A stretch of 59,734 bases of DNA, from positions 1 through 59,734 of the forward strand of contig CAYOYJ010000001.1 of the NCBI GenBank assembly GCA_964408155.1, given 5' to 3'. The translations under genes and the position numbers were made by a program. The notes beneath the pieces were generated by a model. That model ran no database searches and had not been told where the DNA came from. It saw nothing but the letters and a program-made list of their open reading frames with translations. Shown in pieces: positions 17,891 through 25,583 of the stretch. Source of the DNA: an uncultured Syntrophales bacterium (GTDB lineage Bacteria; Desulfobacterota; Syntrophia; Syntrophales; JAAYKM01). Each line of letters starts with the position of its first letter. Position 1 is the first letter of the stretch.

Positions 17891-18385
17891 CTATTTCCAA
17901 CTATTTTCTTCAATAACACCTTTGAATTTTAGACTTTGATAATGGACTGCCAGCCAATAAAAGTAGGGTAGGGATATCAGAAATCGAAAGAATGGATTCC
18001 AGTGAATATATTTTAATAACCCGATTTGATGAAAGACCTCATCATTTGCCCCATTGAGCAATGCAAAAAAGACAATATAAGTATAATAAGCATACCCTAC
18101 TTTTTTATCGGGCAAAAAATGGATAAATATTATTATGGCCGGTGCCCAAGCCAAATCAAGAAACAACGGCAAATTAAAAATAGTAAAAGGGTATACATGC
18201 TGGTATGTTAATAAGTGGAAAATATTTGAAAGAATAAATATGATTATGGTGGTAAGTATTGTACCCCAAATTATTCCAAACCAGAACAATGATTTAATTT
18301 CTTTCCGGTTTAGAAAAATTACCAACAACAATAATAGGCCGAGTGGAAAAGCAAAATAGTATAGAACCAAAGGATCTGTTAACAA
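17891..18385 (-). CDS. hypothetical polytopic membrane protein (164 aa)
   Basis: Several hydrophobic helices. AT-rich composition like the adjacent sul-type gene. Confidence 0.5.
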   Translation of the reverse strand: MLTDPLVLYYFAFPLGLLLLLVIFLNRKEIKSLFWFGIIWGTILTTIIIFILSNIFHLLTYQHVYPFTIFNLPLFLDLAWAPAIIIFIHFLPDKKVGYAYYTYIVFFALLNGANDEVFHQIGLLKYIHWNPFFRFLISLPYFYWLAVHYQSLKFKGVIEENSWK

Positions 18386-18400
18386 TTTATCATGACTCCT

Positions 18401-18742
18401 TTAATCTTCGAATACTTTGTCAAATCGTTGCAGCAAATATCCCAGCACTATCCCCCACAAAACAGCTCCCAACAGATTTGATAAACGTCCCGGAAAAGTT
18501 TGGCCGATGATTAAAGGATTTAACCTAAAAAGGACCGCAATTGACCGGATGAAAAACCAAAGCAACGCGCCATATAAAGTCGCTTTAATCATAATCCCTT
18601 TGGAAGAAATTTTGATTAAAAGATGGGCAAAAATAGCCCCCAAAAAACCATCCCAAATAATTTGGATAATAAAATCGGTAATTATCTGAAAACCGGACTG
18701 GGACTTTTCCCCGCTAGTTAGGACAGCCACCCAGTCCAACAA
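18401..18742 (-). CDS. hypothetical membrane protein (113 aa)
   Basis: Three to four hydrophobic segments. Its start lies 34 bp from the IS21 terminus at 18776. Confidence 0.45.
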   Translation of the reverse strand: MLDWVAVLTSGEKSQSGFQIITDFIIQIIWDGFLGAIFAHLLIKISSKGIMIKATLYGALLWFFIRSIAVLFRLNPLIIGQTFPGRLSNLLGAVLWGIVLGYLLQRFDKVFED

Positions 18743-18947
18743 ACGTACATTGGAGACCCGGAAAAAGTAATAATCTGTTGGCGGCGCCTTAGAAGAGCCA
18801 AAAGCGGCGGAGCTGTCCCACTGTATTTTGGAGATTGGATAAAGATATCCCTTGCCGCGGGATTGTTCAAAGAGCGGAGAATCCCCTGTCCCCGGATTCG
18901 GGGCTGTTCGTTAGCGATGTAGAGATTCCGGTTTACGCGAAGACTCG

Positions 18948-19649
18948 CTATTTTTTGCTGCGATAAGACCTCCCGTCAAACGTCAGAAAGCGGCCGTTGA
19001 GGCTGAGGCGATCCAGAATCGCCGAAGCGGTGGCCGTATCGAAGATTTTTCCCCAGTCGGAGGGGACGAGATTCGTGGTGATAATGGACGTGGAGACTTC
19101 CGAACGTTTGGAGATAATCTGAAACAGAGCGTCCGCCTGTTCCTTGGAGGGGATCACATACCCCAGTTCATCCAGACACAGGACATGGACGCGCGCATAA
19201 TAGTCGATCAGCGAATAAATGTTTTTGGCTTTGGCCAGTTTGGCCGTCAGATCGAATAAAGTCGTAAAAACCGTTTGTTTTCCTTTCATCACGGCATCGT
19301 GGCAGAAGGCGGCGGCGATATGAGATTTTCCCACGCCTGTCGGGCCGATCATCACCAGATTGGCGGGGCTTTTGAGCCAGTCGGTATTCATAAACGCCAG
19401 AATCTTGTCCCGGGGAACCTTCGGGTTAAATTTCCAGTCAAAATCAGACAGCAGCTTGACGCGCTTCATGCCGGACATTTTCAAAAGATATTCGATGCGG
19501 CGATTTTCTCGTCTTTGATGCTCCTGTACAAGAAAGGAATGAAGCGTGGCCTTTTGTTCCTCCGAGAACGTCTCCATATCGGTCAAAAACCGGAAGTGCC
19601 TCCATAAATCAGATAAGGTCATCATAGCGGGCCAACTCCCTCCTTTCAT
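18948..19649 (-). CDS. istB: IS21-family helper ATPase IstB
   Basis: Walker A GPTGVGKSH, Walker B LCLDELGY, and the DnaC/IstB layout. The true start is probably MMTLSD (about 19625), overlapping the istA stop. Confidence 0.9.
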   Translation of the reverse strand: MKGGSWPAMMTLSDLWRHFRFLTDMETFSEEQKATLHSFLVQEHQRRENRRIEYLLKMSGMKRVKLLSDFDWKFNPKVPRDKILAFMNTDWLKSPANLVMIGPTGVGKSHIAAAFCHDAVMKGKQTVFTTLFDLTAKLAKAKNIYSLIDYYARVHVLCLDELGYVIPSKEQADALFQIISKRSEVSTSIITTNLVPSDWGKIFDTATASAILDRLSLNGRFLTFDGRSYRSKK

Positions 19650-21075
19650 AGTCGATCTGCAACAGCTGGGTGTTTTGTGGATAAACGGGCTGCGGATTAT
19701 TCGCCTGAGGTGTCAGAAGATTCTGCAGGTAGGACACCTGGAAGGTGCCCAGCGCATTGGCCTGACGAACGGCCGACAGGAGCATGGCTTTGGAAACGAT
19801 CTTGAGGAGCTTAAACAGGACATAAGCGTCTTTTACAGGATCGGCGCCTTGGGCTTCGGCGCGCCTCAGGAAGAGCGCAACCGCCTCGTCCATACGCGTC
19901 ATTAACTGCAAAATCCGTTGATCTTTAAAATGCGGTGTGATCGAAATGAGCTTTTCCCGATGCAGGGGATGCTCGATCGTCTGATTTTTCAGAAAGGAGC
20001 GTTGATGGGTGGCAACCGTCCGATGGCCGATGACGATCTCCAAGCGCCGGGGATAAACCGTCAGAGTGCAAGACTGATGACTGTAACCGGACGGCAGGGA
20101 GTAACGGTTCGTTTCAAAATGGACAAACCCCGTTGGCGTAACCGTAGCCATTTTCAGGCGATAGGCCCGATAAGGGATTTGCGGCAATGTTTTGAGTTTT
20201 TCTTCCGGCAATAAATCCAGCGGCGCCTTCCCGGTGGACCGGTGAACCGTCTTGTTGCGCTCTTGACGCCAGAGGGTGACTTTCCGGTTGAGATCATCCA
20301 TATCCGTAAAAGCATTCACCGATATAAATCCGCCGATATCCCGGATCACTCTTTCCACACGGCCTTTTTCGTTGGCTCTTCCGGGTGTGCAGGCATAAAG
20401 AGAAAAACCGTAATGCCTGGCGAAGTCCAGAAACTGACTGTTGAAGGTAATCTCCGGCCGTCGTTTGATCACAACGCTTTTGAGATTGTCATAACGGCCG
20501 CGGCGGGGAATGCCGCCTGTCTCCCGGAAAGCTTCGATATGCCCTTCCAGAAAAAACTCCATCGACTGCCGCGGATAAAACCGGCAATACAGATACCGGC
20601 TGTAAGACAAGATCAACACAAAGCCGTAGGCCGTGCCGAACGGAAAAGAGCGCTGCATCCAATCGACCTGCGCTTCCTCGCCCGGAAGGAACGTCAACTC
20701 GTGGTACATCCGTTTCTTTTTCCGGCGAAACGGCCGGGTGTATTCTTTCACCGTGGTGTAACCACCGGAAAATCCATACGTCTGCAGCCGGTCATAAATC
20801 TGGCTGGCTTTCAGCGACGGATAGGCCTCATACCAGTCTTCAATCAGGCGCGCATACTCGTCAAGGATGCTTTTACGCGGCTTGCGCAGGATTTTTCCCT
20901 GCCGGATCAACCGGGTAACCTTTGTTCGAGACAAGCCCAGGGCATCGGCCACCTGGCGAATGCTCAAGCCTTCGACTTCCTGCAAATGACGAACCTGATT
21001 CACTAAATGCTCTTCGTCCATATCCCGATCCCCCTTTTTGCTCTGGTTCGCTTGTCTGCTCGTTTGTCTTTCCAT
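19609..21075 (-). CDS. istA: IS21-family transposase IstA
   Basis: N-terminal HTH (LSIRQVADALGLSRTKVTRL) and DDE integrase core (EEAQVDW..., RYDNLKS..., PGRANEKGRVER). The start may be the internal MDEEH at 21021. Confidence 0.9.
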   Translation of the reverse strand: MERQTSRQANQSKKGDRDMDEEHLVNQVRHLQEVEGLSIRQVADALGLSRTKVTRLIRQGKILRKPRKSILDEYARLIEDWYEAYPSLKASQIYDRLQTYGFSGGYTTVKEYTRPFRRKKKRMYHELTFLPGEEAQVDWMQRSFPFGTAYGFVLILSYSRYLYCRFYPRQSMEFFLEGHIEAFRETGGIPRRGRYDNLKSVVIKRRPEITFNSQFLDFARHYGFSLYACTPGRANEKGRVERVIRDIGGFISVNAFTDMDDLNRKVTLWRQERNKTVHRSTGKAPLDLLPEEKLKTLPQIPYRAYRLKMATVTPTGFVHFETNRYSLPSGYSHQSCTLTVYPRRLEIVIGHRTVATHQRSFLKNQTIEHPLHREKLISITPHFKDQRILQLMTRMDEAVALFLRRAEAQGADPVKDAYVLFKLLKIVSKAMLLSAVRQANALGTFQVSYLQNLLTPQANNPQPVYPQNTQLLQIDYERRELARYDDLI

Positions 21076-21147
21076 CTTTTCCTGATGATGTTTTCTTCTG
21101 ATGCAGACCGCGGGGATCGGTTTAAATCATCCATCCTCCTTTCGTCT

Positions 21148-21300
21148 ATCTCGTCTTGTATCACCCGCCATGCGCCGCAAACGTAATGCCGTTAAGCCTT
21201 CGCAGGATGATCTCGTCTTGTATCATCCCTGTTTTATCCTCCGGGATCAGCAAAACGTACTTCCGGATTGGCTTTGAACGGGGTATCTCGTCTTGTATCA
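21148..21300. repeat. three direct copies of ATCTCGTCTTGTATCA
   Basis: Identical 16-mers at 21148-21163, 21210-21225 and 21285-21300 (spacing 62 and 75 bp), inside the IS21-family element upstream of istA. Confidence 0.85.
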
Positions 21301-21514
21301 TCGCGCCCGAAGTTTGCGTCTTCTTCCTGAGACGCCATGCTTTGATCTCCTCATAGCGTCCCCGAAAGTAGCCCTCATTCCTGGACAGCCATCGCCGCTG
21401 CGCTTCCTGTTTCCGTTTCTTTCTGCATTCCGGCCGGCCGCAGGCCTTCTGTTTCACCCCCGCTCGTCTGTCCGGAATAAAATACCGCCCGCAATACGCG
21501 CATCTCTTCCTCAA
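21161..21514 (-). CDS. small Cys-containing basic protein (117 aa) carried inside the IS21-family element
   Basis: CAYCGRYF...KACGRPEC looks like a zinc ribbon followed by an Arg/Lys-rich stretch. Two of the 16-bp repeats fall inside it and encode MIQDEI twice. Coding status is uncertain. Confidence 0.35.
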   Translation of the reverse strand: MRKRCAYCGRYFIPDRRAGVKQKACGRPECRKKRKQEAQRRWLSRNEGYFRGRYEEIKAWRLRKKTQTSGAMIQDEIPRSKPIRKYVLLIPEDKTGMIQDEIILRRLNGITFAAHGG

Positions 21515-21791
21515 AGGCAGCCTCCCTCTATCTTAATCCCCCATAGGGGCGGCTACCTTTCTACCGGCGTCTTATTCTTTTGCAAATATGGAATTGAAAA
21601 TCAGAAGGTTACAAACAAAATGCTTTTTAAGAAAAAATCCCCGCCGTCCAACACCCGGCGGCGGTTACCCACAGCCATCCCGAAGCCATGCTCCGCCGAA
21701 GGGCCGCTTCGGGATGGCTGTGGATAACTGCCTTGGCTCAGCACTAAAACCACCACCGCTATTTTTGGTCTAATTTTTTCCGCCGCCAACA

Positions 21792-21796
21792 CCTTG
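21792..21796. repeat. target-site duplication CCTTG (right copy)
   Basis: Immediately follows the IS terminus ...CGCCGCCAACA and is identical to 9883-9887. Confidence 0.8.
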
Positions 21797-21930
21797 ATGC
21801 CGAAATCATCTTCGAAGTGGGAAAGGATGGCAGCGGAAAATAGACCTTTTATCCCGCCACCATCGAGAGAAAGAATCTGGAAATGTTTGTTTTCGTTTGA
21901 GGCCTTACCGTTTATCGGCTTGATCATCAT
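21792..21930 (-). pseudogene. capV: patatin-like phospholipase CBASS effector, N-terminal 46 codons
   Basis: MMIKPINGKASNENKHFQILSLDGGGIKGLFSAAILSHFEDDFGIK carries the patatin oxyanion-hole motif DGGGIKG. RBS GAGGAA upstream. The reading frame then runs into IS sequence; the rest of ORF 21601-22008 is read-through. Confidence 0.85.
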
Positions 21931-21946
21931 CGTTTCCTCACTATAA

Positions 21947-22144
21947 TTAGCTGAAACCCTTATCATTCTCCCATTCCCGGGCTGCTTCTTCGGTGGTACG
22001 CCGCCCAACCTGAGTTATATGCCCGTTGGGCCATTTTTGCTGGTGCTCGGTTTCTCGCCGCTCTATGTCATCGGTGATCCCGCCGTGAACAATCTTGTTT
22101 CCGATCTTAAAGTAGTATTTGTAAGTGTCTCTCGGCTTTCCCAT
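21947..22144 (-). CDS. minimal GIY-YIG-like protein (65 aa)
   Basis: YKYYFKIGNKIVHGGITDDIERRETEH follows the GIY...YIG...R...E/H spacing of small COG2827-type GIY-YIG proteins. It ends 17 bp upstream of the capV start on the same strand. Confidence 0.5.
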   Translation of the reverse strand: MGKPRDTYKYYFKIGNKIVHGGITDDIERRETEHQQKWPNGHITQVGRRTTEEAAREWENDKGFS

Positions 22145-22181
22145 GGGTGCTACCTCCTTGTTGTTGATTTATAGTTAACAG

Positions 22182-22194
22182 AATGATAATCATT
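22182..22194. promoter_or_regulatory. perfect palindrome AATGAT-A-ATCATT in the divergent CBASS/regulator intergenic region
   Basis: Seen directly in the sequence. It lies between the minus-strand operon start (22144) and the XRE gene start (22291) and is a candidate operator of the XRE/CapH-like repressor. Confidence 0.4.
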
Positions 22195-22290
22195 GCCAGG
22201 GAAATTGTCAAGCCGTGTTGTGAATATTTTCTTACCGATCTGTGAATTTTTATGCTATAGGTTACCCTAACAGGACAAGGAGGTGGCGTT

Positions 22291-22644
22291 ATGCGCAAGA
22301 ACTTTGATGAAAGTGTACTCCGTATGCGGATCACAAAAACGAGAGAAAGCAAGGGCATAAATCAAGCGCAACTTGCCGAAAAAGCGGGTGTTACACCTGC
22401 AGCCATATCACAGATCGAGAAAGGAAATAGAGTCCCTTCTATTCCGGTATTGCATCGCATCGCCAGTGTCTTAGAGGTTTCTCTTGACTATCTTATGGGG
22501 AAGACCGATAAATCAGAAATTGAAGATCTACTCCAATCCGGCGATATAAAGACCTTCTTTCGAGGGTTTGCATCTCTAAGCAGCCAGGATAAGGAGGTCA
22601 TTAAAAAACATATCGAGTTTCTAAAATCTCAAAATCAGGGATAG
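22291..22644 (+). CDS. XRE-family HTH regulator (CapH-like position)
   Basis: INQAQLAEKAGVTPAAISQIEKGNRVPSIPVLHRIASVLEVSLDYLMG is a classical Cro/C1 HTH. Divergent from the CBASS operon and followed 5 bp later by an ImmA-type protease gene. RBS AAGGAGG. Confidence 0.8.
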   Translation: MRKNFDESVLRMRITKTRESKGINQAQLAEKAGVTPAAISQIEKGNRVPSIPVLHRIASVLEVSLDYLMGKTDKSEIEDLLQSGDIKTFFRGFASLSSQDKEVIKKHIEFLKSQNQG

Positions 22645-22649
22645 AATGA

Positions 22650-23516
22650 ATGATTCCGCAGGCTGAAGCCTCGAGTTTCTTGGAGGAGCTGGGGATTGCA
22701 GAGCTTCCTATTGTTCCGGTTGAAATATGCCGGAAGCTAGGAATTTGCTATAGAGAAGATCATTTAACAGGATTGGATGGCGTACTAATCCTGCATCCCT
22801 CTACTGGTCACAGTCTCATCTGCGTAAGCAACCGCATTACTGAACAGGGTCGAAAAAATTTTACCATCGCCCATGAGTTAGGCCATTATTGTATGGATGG
22901 ACTCAGAAAAACAGAGTTTTACTGTTCGAGTGAGGTAGTGGAGTCTTTTAAATCGACGATTGATCCTATGGAACTCAGGGCAAACGAATTTGCGGCAGAG
23001 CTTCTCATGCCCCAAAACATATATCAGCCTTTAGTGAAGAAAATGGAGCCGGGTTGGGATGCCATCAAGGACCTTGCCGGGAAGAGCCAGACTTCGTTAA
23101 CCGCAACGGCGATCAGATTCATTGACCTTTCTGATTTCGCTTGCTGCCTCATTGTCAGTTGTGCAGGAAAGATTCGGTGGTTTCACAAATCGAAAGAATT
23201 CCGGCCTTATGTGCAAATGGACAGTCGTCTCGTGTCGAGGGGTACTGTTGCCTTCAATATTTTTCAGGGTTGTGTGCCTGCTGACAACTTTGAAGACGTA
23301 AAAGCCTGCGAATGGATTGCGGGTAAGGGAGTGGAGCCGCATACCGAGATACTGGAGTGGTCTCTGCCTCTTAATTCGTACGGGCATGTCTTAACTCTTC
23401 TTTATGACGAAGAAGGGATCGCTGGTTGGGATGAAGAGGATGGCGATGACGATGACGAGAAGGCCGATATTGAGTGGGAACCTCCAACTTTTCATAAGAG
23501 TAAGAGGAAGAGTTAA
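22650..23516 (+). CDS. ImmA/IrrE-family zinc metallopeptidase (CapP-like position)
   Basis: HELGHY (HExxH) in a DUF955-type N-terminal domain, an additional C-terminal domain of about 150 aa, and an acidic tail (EEDGDDDDEKAD). Confidence 0.8.
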   Translation: MIPQAEASSFLEELGIAELPIVPVEICRKLGICYREDHLTGLDGVLILHPSTGHSLICVSNRITEQGRKNFTIAHELGHYCMDGLRKTEFYCSSEVVESFKSTIDPMELRANEFAAELLMPQNIYQPLVKKMEPGWDAIKDLAGKSQTSLTATAIRFIDLSDFACCLIVSCAGKIRWFHKSKEFRPYVQMDSRLVSRGTVAFNIFQGCVPADNFEDVKACEWIAGKGVEPHTEILEWSLPLNSYGHVLTLLYDEEGIAGWDEEDGDDDDEKADIEWEPPTFHKSKRKS

Positions 23517-23557
23517 GGATCGATTCTGAATCGCCGATCTCGAAGAAAGGATGCGAG

Positions 23558-24229
23558 GTGCCCGAATCAGGTGGAACGTTAATCAAGTTCGGCCGAGAAG
23601 TAGACCTTTTACAACTCAGAGATAAGGGGCTGCTTTACATGAACAAGCTTCCCTATTTTTGGGGCATCGAGGACGAGGAACTGCGAGGTGATCCCTTTGA
23701 TTGCGTTGCCGAGGTCACCAGGGGGCCCAAAGTGACTATGCGGCAGCCCGATGGGTCAGATCTCGTCATTGGAGGGAACTGGGTCATCCGGATGCACCCA
23801 CCAGCACCCGAGAAGATCAACATCTTCAGCATGTATGCCCTGCGCCCGGTAATAGGGAATTTCCCCATCGACGAACGCAACTTCAGGTTCGGGCAGCATG
23901 CCCTTGTCATGTTGAACCCCCAGGAATTCATGACAAGAATTGAAGCGATCCTTAAAACCAGTGAAATAGAAGCCAAAGGCGACTTGGTTGAATACGTGGA
24001 TGATGATCACACAGGGAAATTGGGTCCATTCAAGAAGCTTAGGAAATTTGCCTATCAGTCGGAATGGCGACTTGTCTGCATGGGTGGTTCTGGAGGTCCC
24101 AGGAAGATTCAGATTGGCAGCATCCGTGACATCTCTGCCCTGATCCGCTGCGACGAGATCAACACGCTTCTGAGGGTCGAGTATGAAGAATTGTCGACCC
24201 CGATAGATCAGGTTACAGAAAAGTCATAA
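23558..24229 (+). CDS. hypothetical protein (223 aa)
   Basis: Intact ORF (GTG start in the ORF track; the first ATG is at codon 28), co-directional with and 41 bp after the ImmA-like gene. I recognise no motif. Confidence 0.5.
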   Translation: MPESGGTLIKFGREVDLLQLRDKGLLYMNKLPYFWGIEDEELRGDPFDCVAEVTRGPKVTMRQPDGSDLVIGGNWVIRMHPPAPEKINIFSMYALRPVIGNFPIDERNFRFGQHALVMLNPQEFMTRIEAILKTSEIEAKGDLVEYVDDDHTGKLGPFKKLRKFAYQSEWRLVCMGGSGGPRKIQIGSIRDISALIRCDEINTLLRVEYEELSTPIDQVTEKS

Positions 24230-25018
24230 CAGAGCAGAGCGAGCGAGGCCGCAAACAAAGACACCAATGGTGGTACGCAAGGTTCGCGCCGGCCACCGGA
24301 CGGATGGCCGTCACGCCCCTTGCATTTTTCCCTGTCCCCCCTGCATCCCCCGGAGGGGGAATTCCCGACCACCCGCCCCTCAAGGGCAAGGGACATGCCA
24401 GCCCCAACGGGTCTGTCATGTCCCTTGCTGAGGTACGCATGGGTCGCGCCATCGCCTGACGGCTCTGTCACGCCCCCTGCAATCTGCCTTTTCCCGGTCG
24501 CCGGGTGCGCTTTGCGCGCGATTGTCGATAAGATCGCCACGGGGCGACCGCATCGCCCGTTTTGATCACCCCCTTTCTTTCCCCCTCAAGGGGGACCCGC
24601 CACCCACCCTCTAAAAGGTACCTCCTCTCTCTAACGCTTTCCATTGTAGCGCGGGCTCCCGGCTCCGGCCGTCAAGGGTATACGAGCTCCGGCATGGGCT
24701 TCGGCCCGATGGGCCTTGCAGCCCACCGGAAAAGCGTATTTTTTCCGTCACAGCCCGTGAAGGGGCTTTAGAGGTAAGGCGCTCACGGTCAGTGCCGAAA
24801 AAAATCTTCCTTTTCCTTGCCTGCGCCCTTGACTACCTTCGCGCTCACTCGCTGCTCCGACAACGGCCCGCTCCCGCCGCTCCGCCTTCTTCCTCGTTCC
24901 GCCGCGCTTCGCTTGCGTCGCTCGTCATCCGTCTGCGCTGTGCTCGCTTGGCCTGTCTCCGCCACGCTCGTTCGCCCCGCGCTGGTGTCAAGCGAAAAAT
25001 CGAGAGGAGGTGTTGGTT

Positions 25019-25573
25019 ATGTCTATTTGGTCCGTCATCGGTTCCCGATGCCTGCCCAGCGAATGGGATTCCCGCGTCGGGGATGTGGTCGATCTGCTCT
25101 TGTCCCGCGGGCATCGGATCTGTTCGGGCGGCGCCGTGGGCGCCGATCTCGCGGCGCTTCGCTCCATGGTCCGCCATGGCGCTTCCGCCTGCAAGGGCTC
25201 TTCGGTGTTCCTGCCCGGTGATCTGTCACTGGCCCCGCCGTCTTGCTTGCCCTGGCTCTCCCGGTTCGCCGCTCTGGGCGGTGAGATAATTGAAGGTTCA
25301 GCGTCGGAGCGTTCCTCCCGCCGGGAGGTGGTTGCCGCGCTTCTCATCCGAAATTGCGCCATTGTCCGGGCCTCTGCCGGCGTGGTCGCTTTCGTCTCCG
25401 GTTGTTCTACAGGTTCTTGGTTCACCGTCGAGCAGGCCATCCGGCGTGATCTGGCCGTGGTCGTCTTCCCGGTGGATGGTCCGTCGTGTCTTCATCATTT
25501 TGTCCGCGGTTCCTGGGTTCCCTGCCGTTCCCTGGCCGGGGCTTATGTCTTCACGTATTTCGAGAAAGAATAG
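25019..25573 (+). CDS. Rossmann-fold SLOG/DprA-like protein (DUF2493-like)
   Basis: ICSGGAVGADLAALR and AGVVAFVSG...GSWFTVEQA resemble the GGAxGAD signature of SLOG/DprA-type domains. ATG 25019 lies 8 nt after GAGAGGAGG. Confidence 0.5.
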   Translation: MSIWSVIGSRCLPSEWDSRVGDVVDLLLSRGHRICSGGAVGADLAALRSMVRHGASACKGSSVFLPGDLSLAPPSCLPWLSRFAALGGEIIEGSASERSSRREVVAALLIRNCAIVRASAGVVAFVSGCSTGSWFTVEQAIRRDLAVVVFPVDGPSCLHHFVRGSWVPCRSLAGAYVFTYFEKE

Positions 25574-25583
25574 GAGGTGCATC

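Larger units (their letters stand above)
9888..21791. mobile_element. ~11.9-kb composite (pseudo-compound) transposon bounded by IS21-family termini
   Basis: The outer ends are 11-bp perfect inverted repeats (TGTTGGCGGCG ... CGCCGCCAACA) flanked by a 5-bp direct duplication CCTTG. Deleting 9888-21796 restores an in-frame patatin ORF. Confidence 0.8.
18776..21791 (-). mobile_element. complete IS21-family insertion sequence (about 3.0 kb)
   Basis: istA plus istB lie between termini TGTTGGCGGCG (18776) and CGCCGCCAACA (21791), with the TG...CA ends usual for the family. GCGGCGG-type subterminal repeats occur at both ends. An unusually long 716-bp segment upstream of istA holds an extra small ORF. 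Confidence 0.75.

Noticed and set aside
21601-21791. C-terminal part of ORF 21601-22008
   Set aside because: It is read-through from the capV 5' fragment into the IS end and is not a real protein segment.
24792-25289. 165-aa ORF and neighbouring ORFs (24817-25221, 24845-25177)
   Set aside because: The products are Arg/Pro/Ala/Ser-rich low-complexity strings. They overlap each other and the better-supported SLOG/DprA-like gene, so I treat the region as non-coding or spurious.
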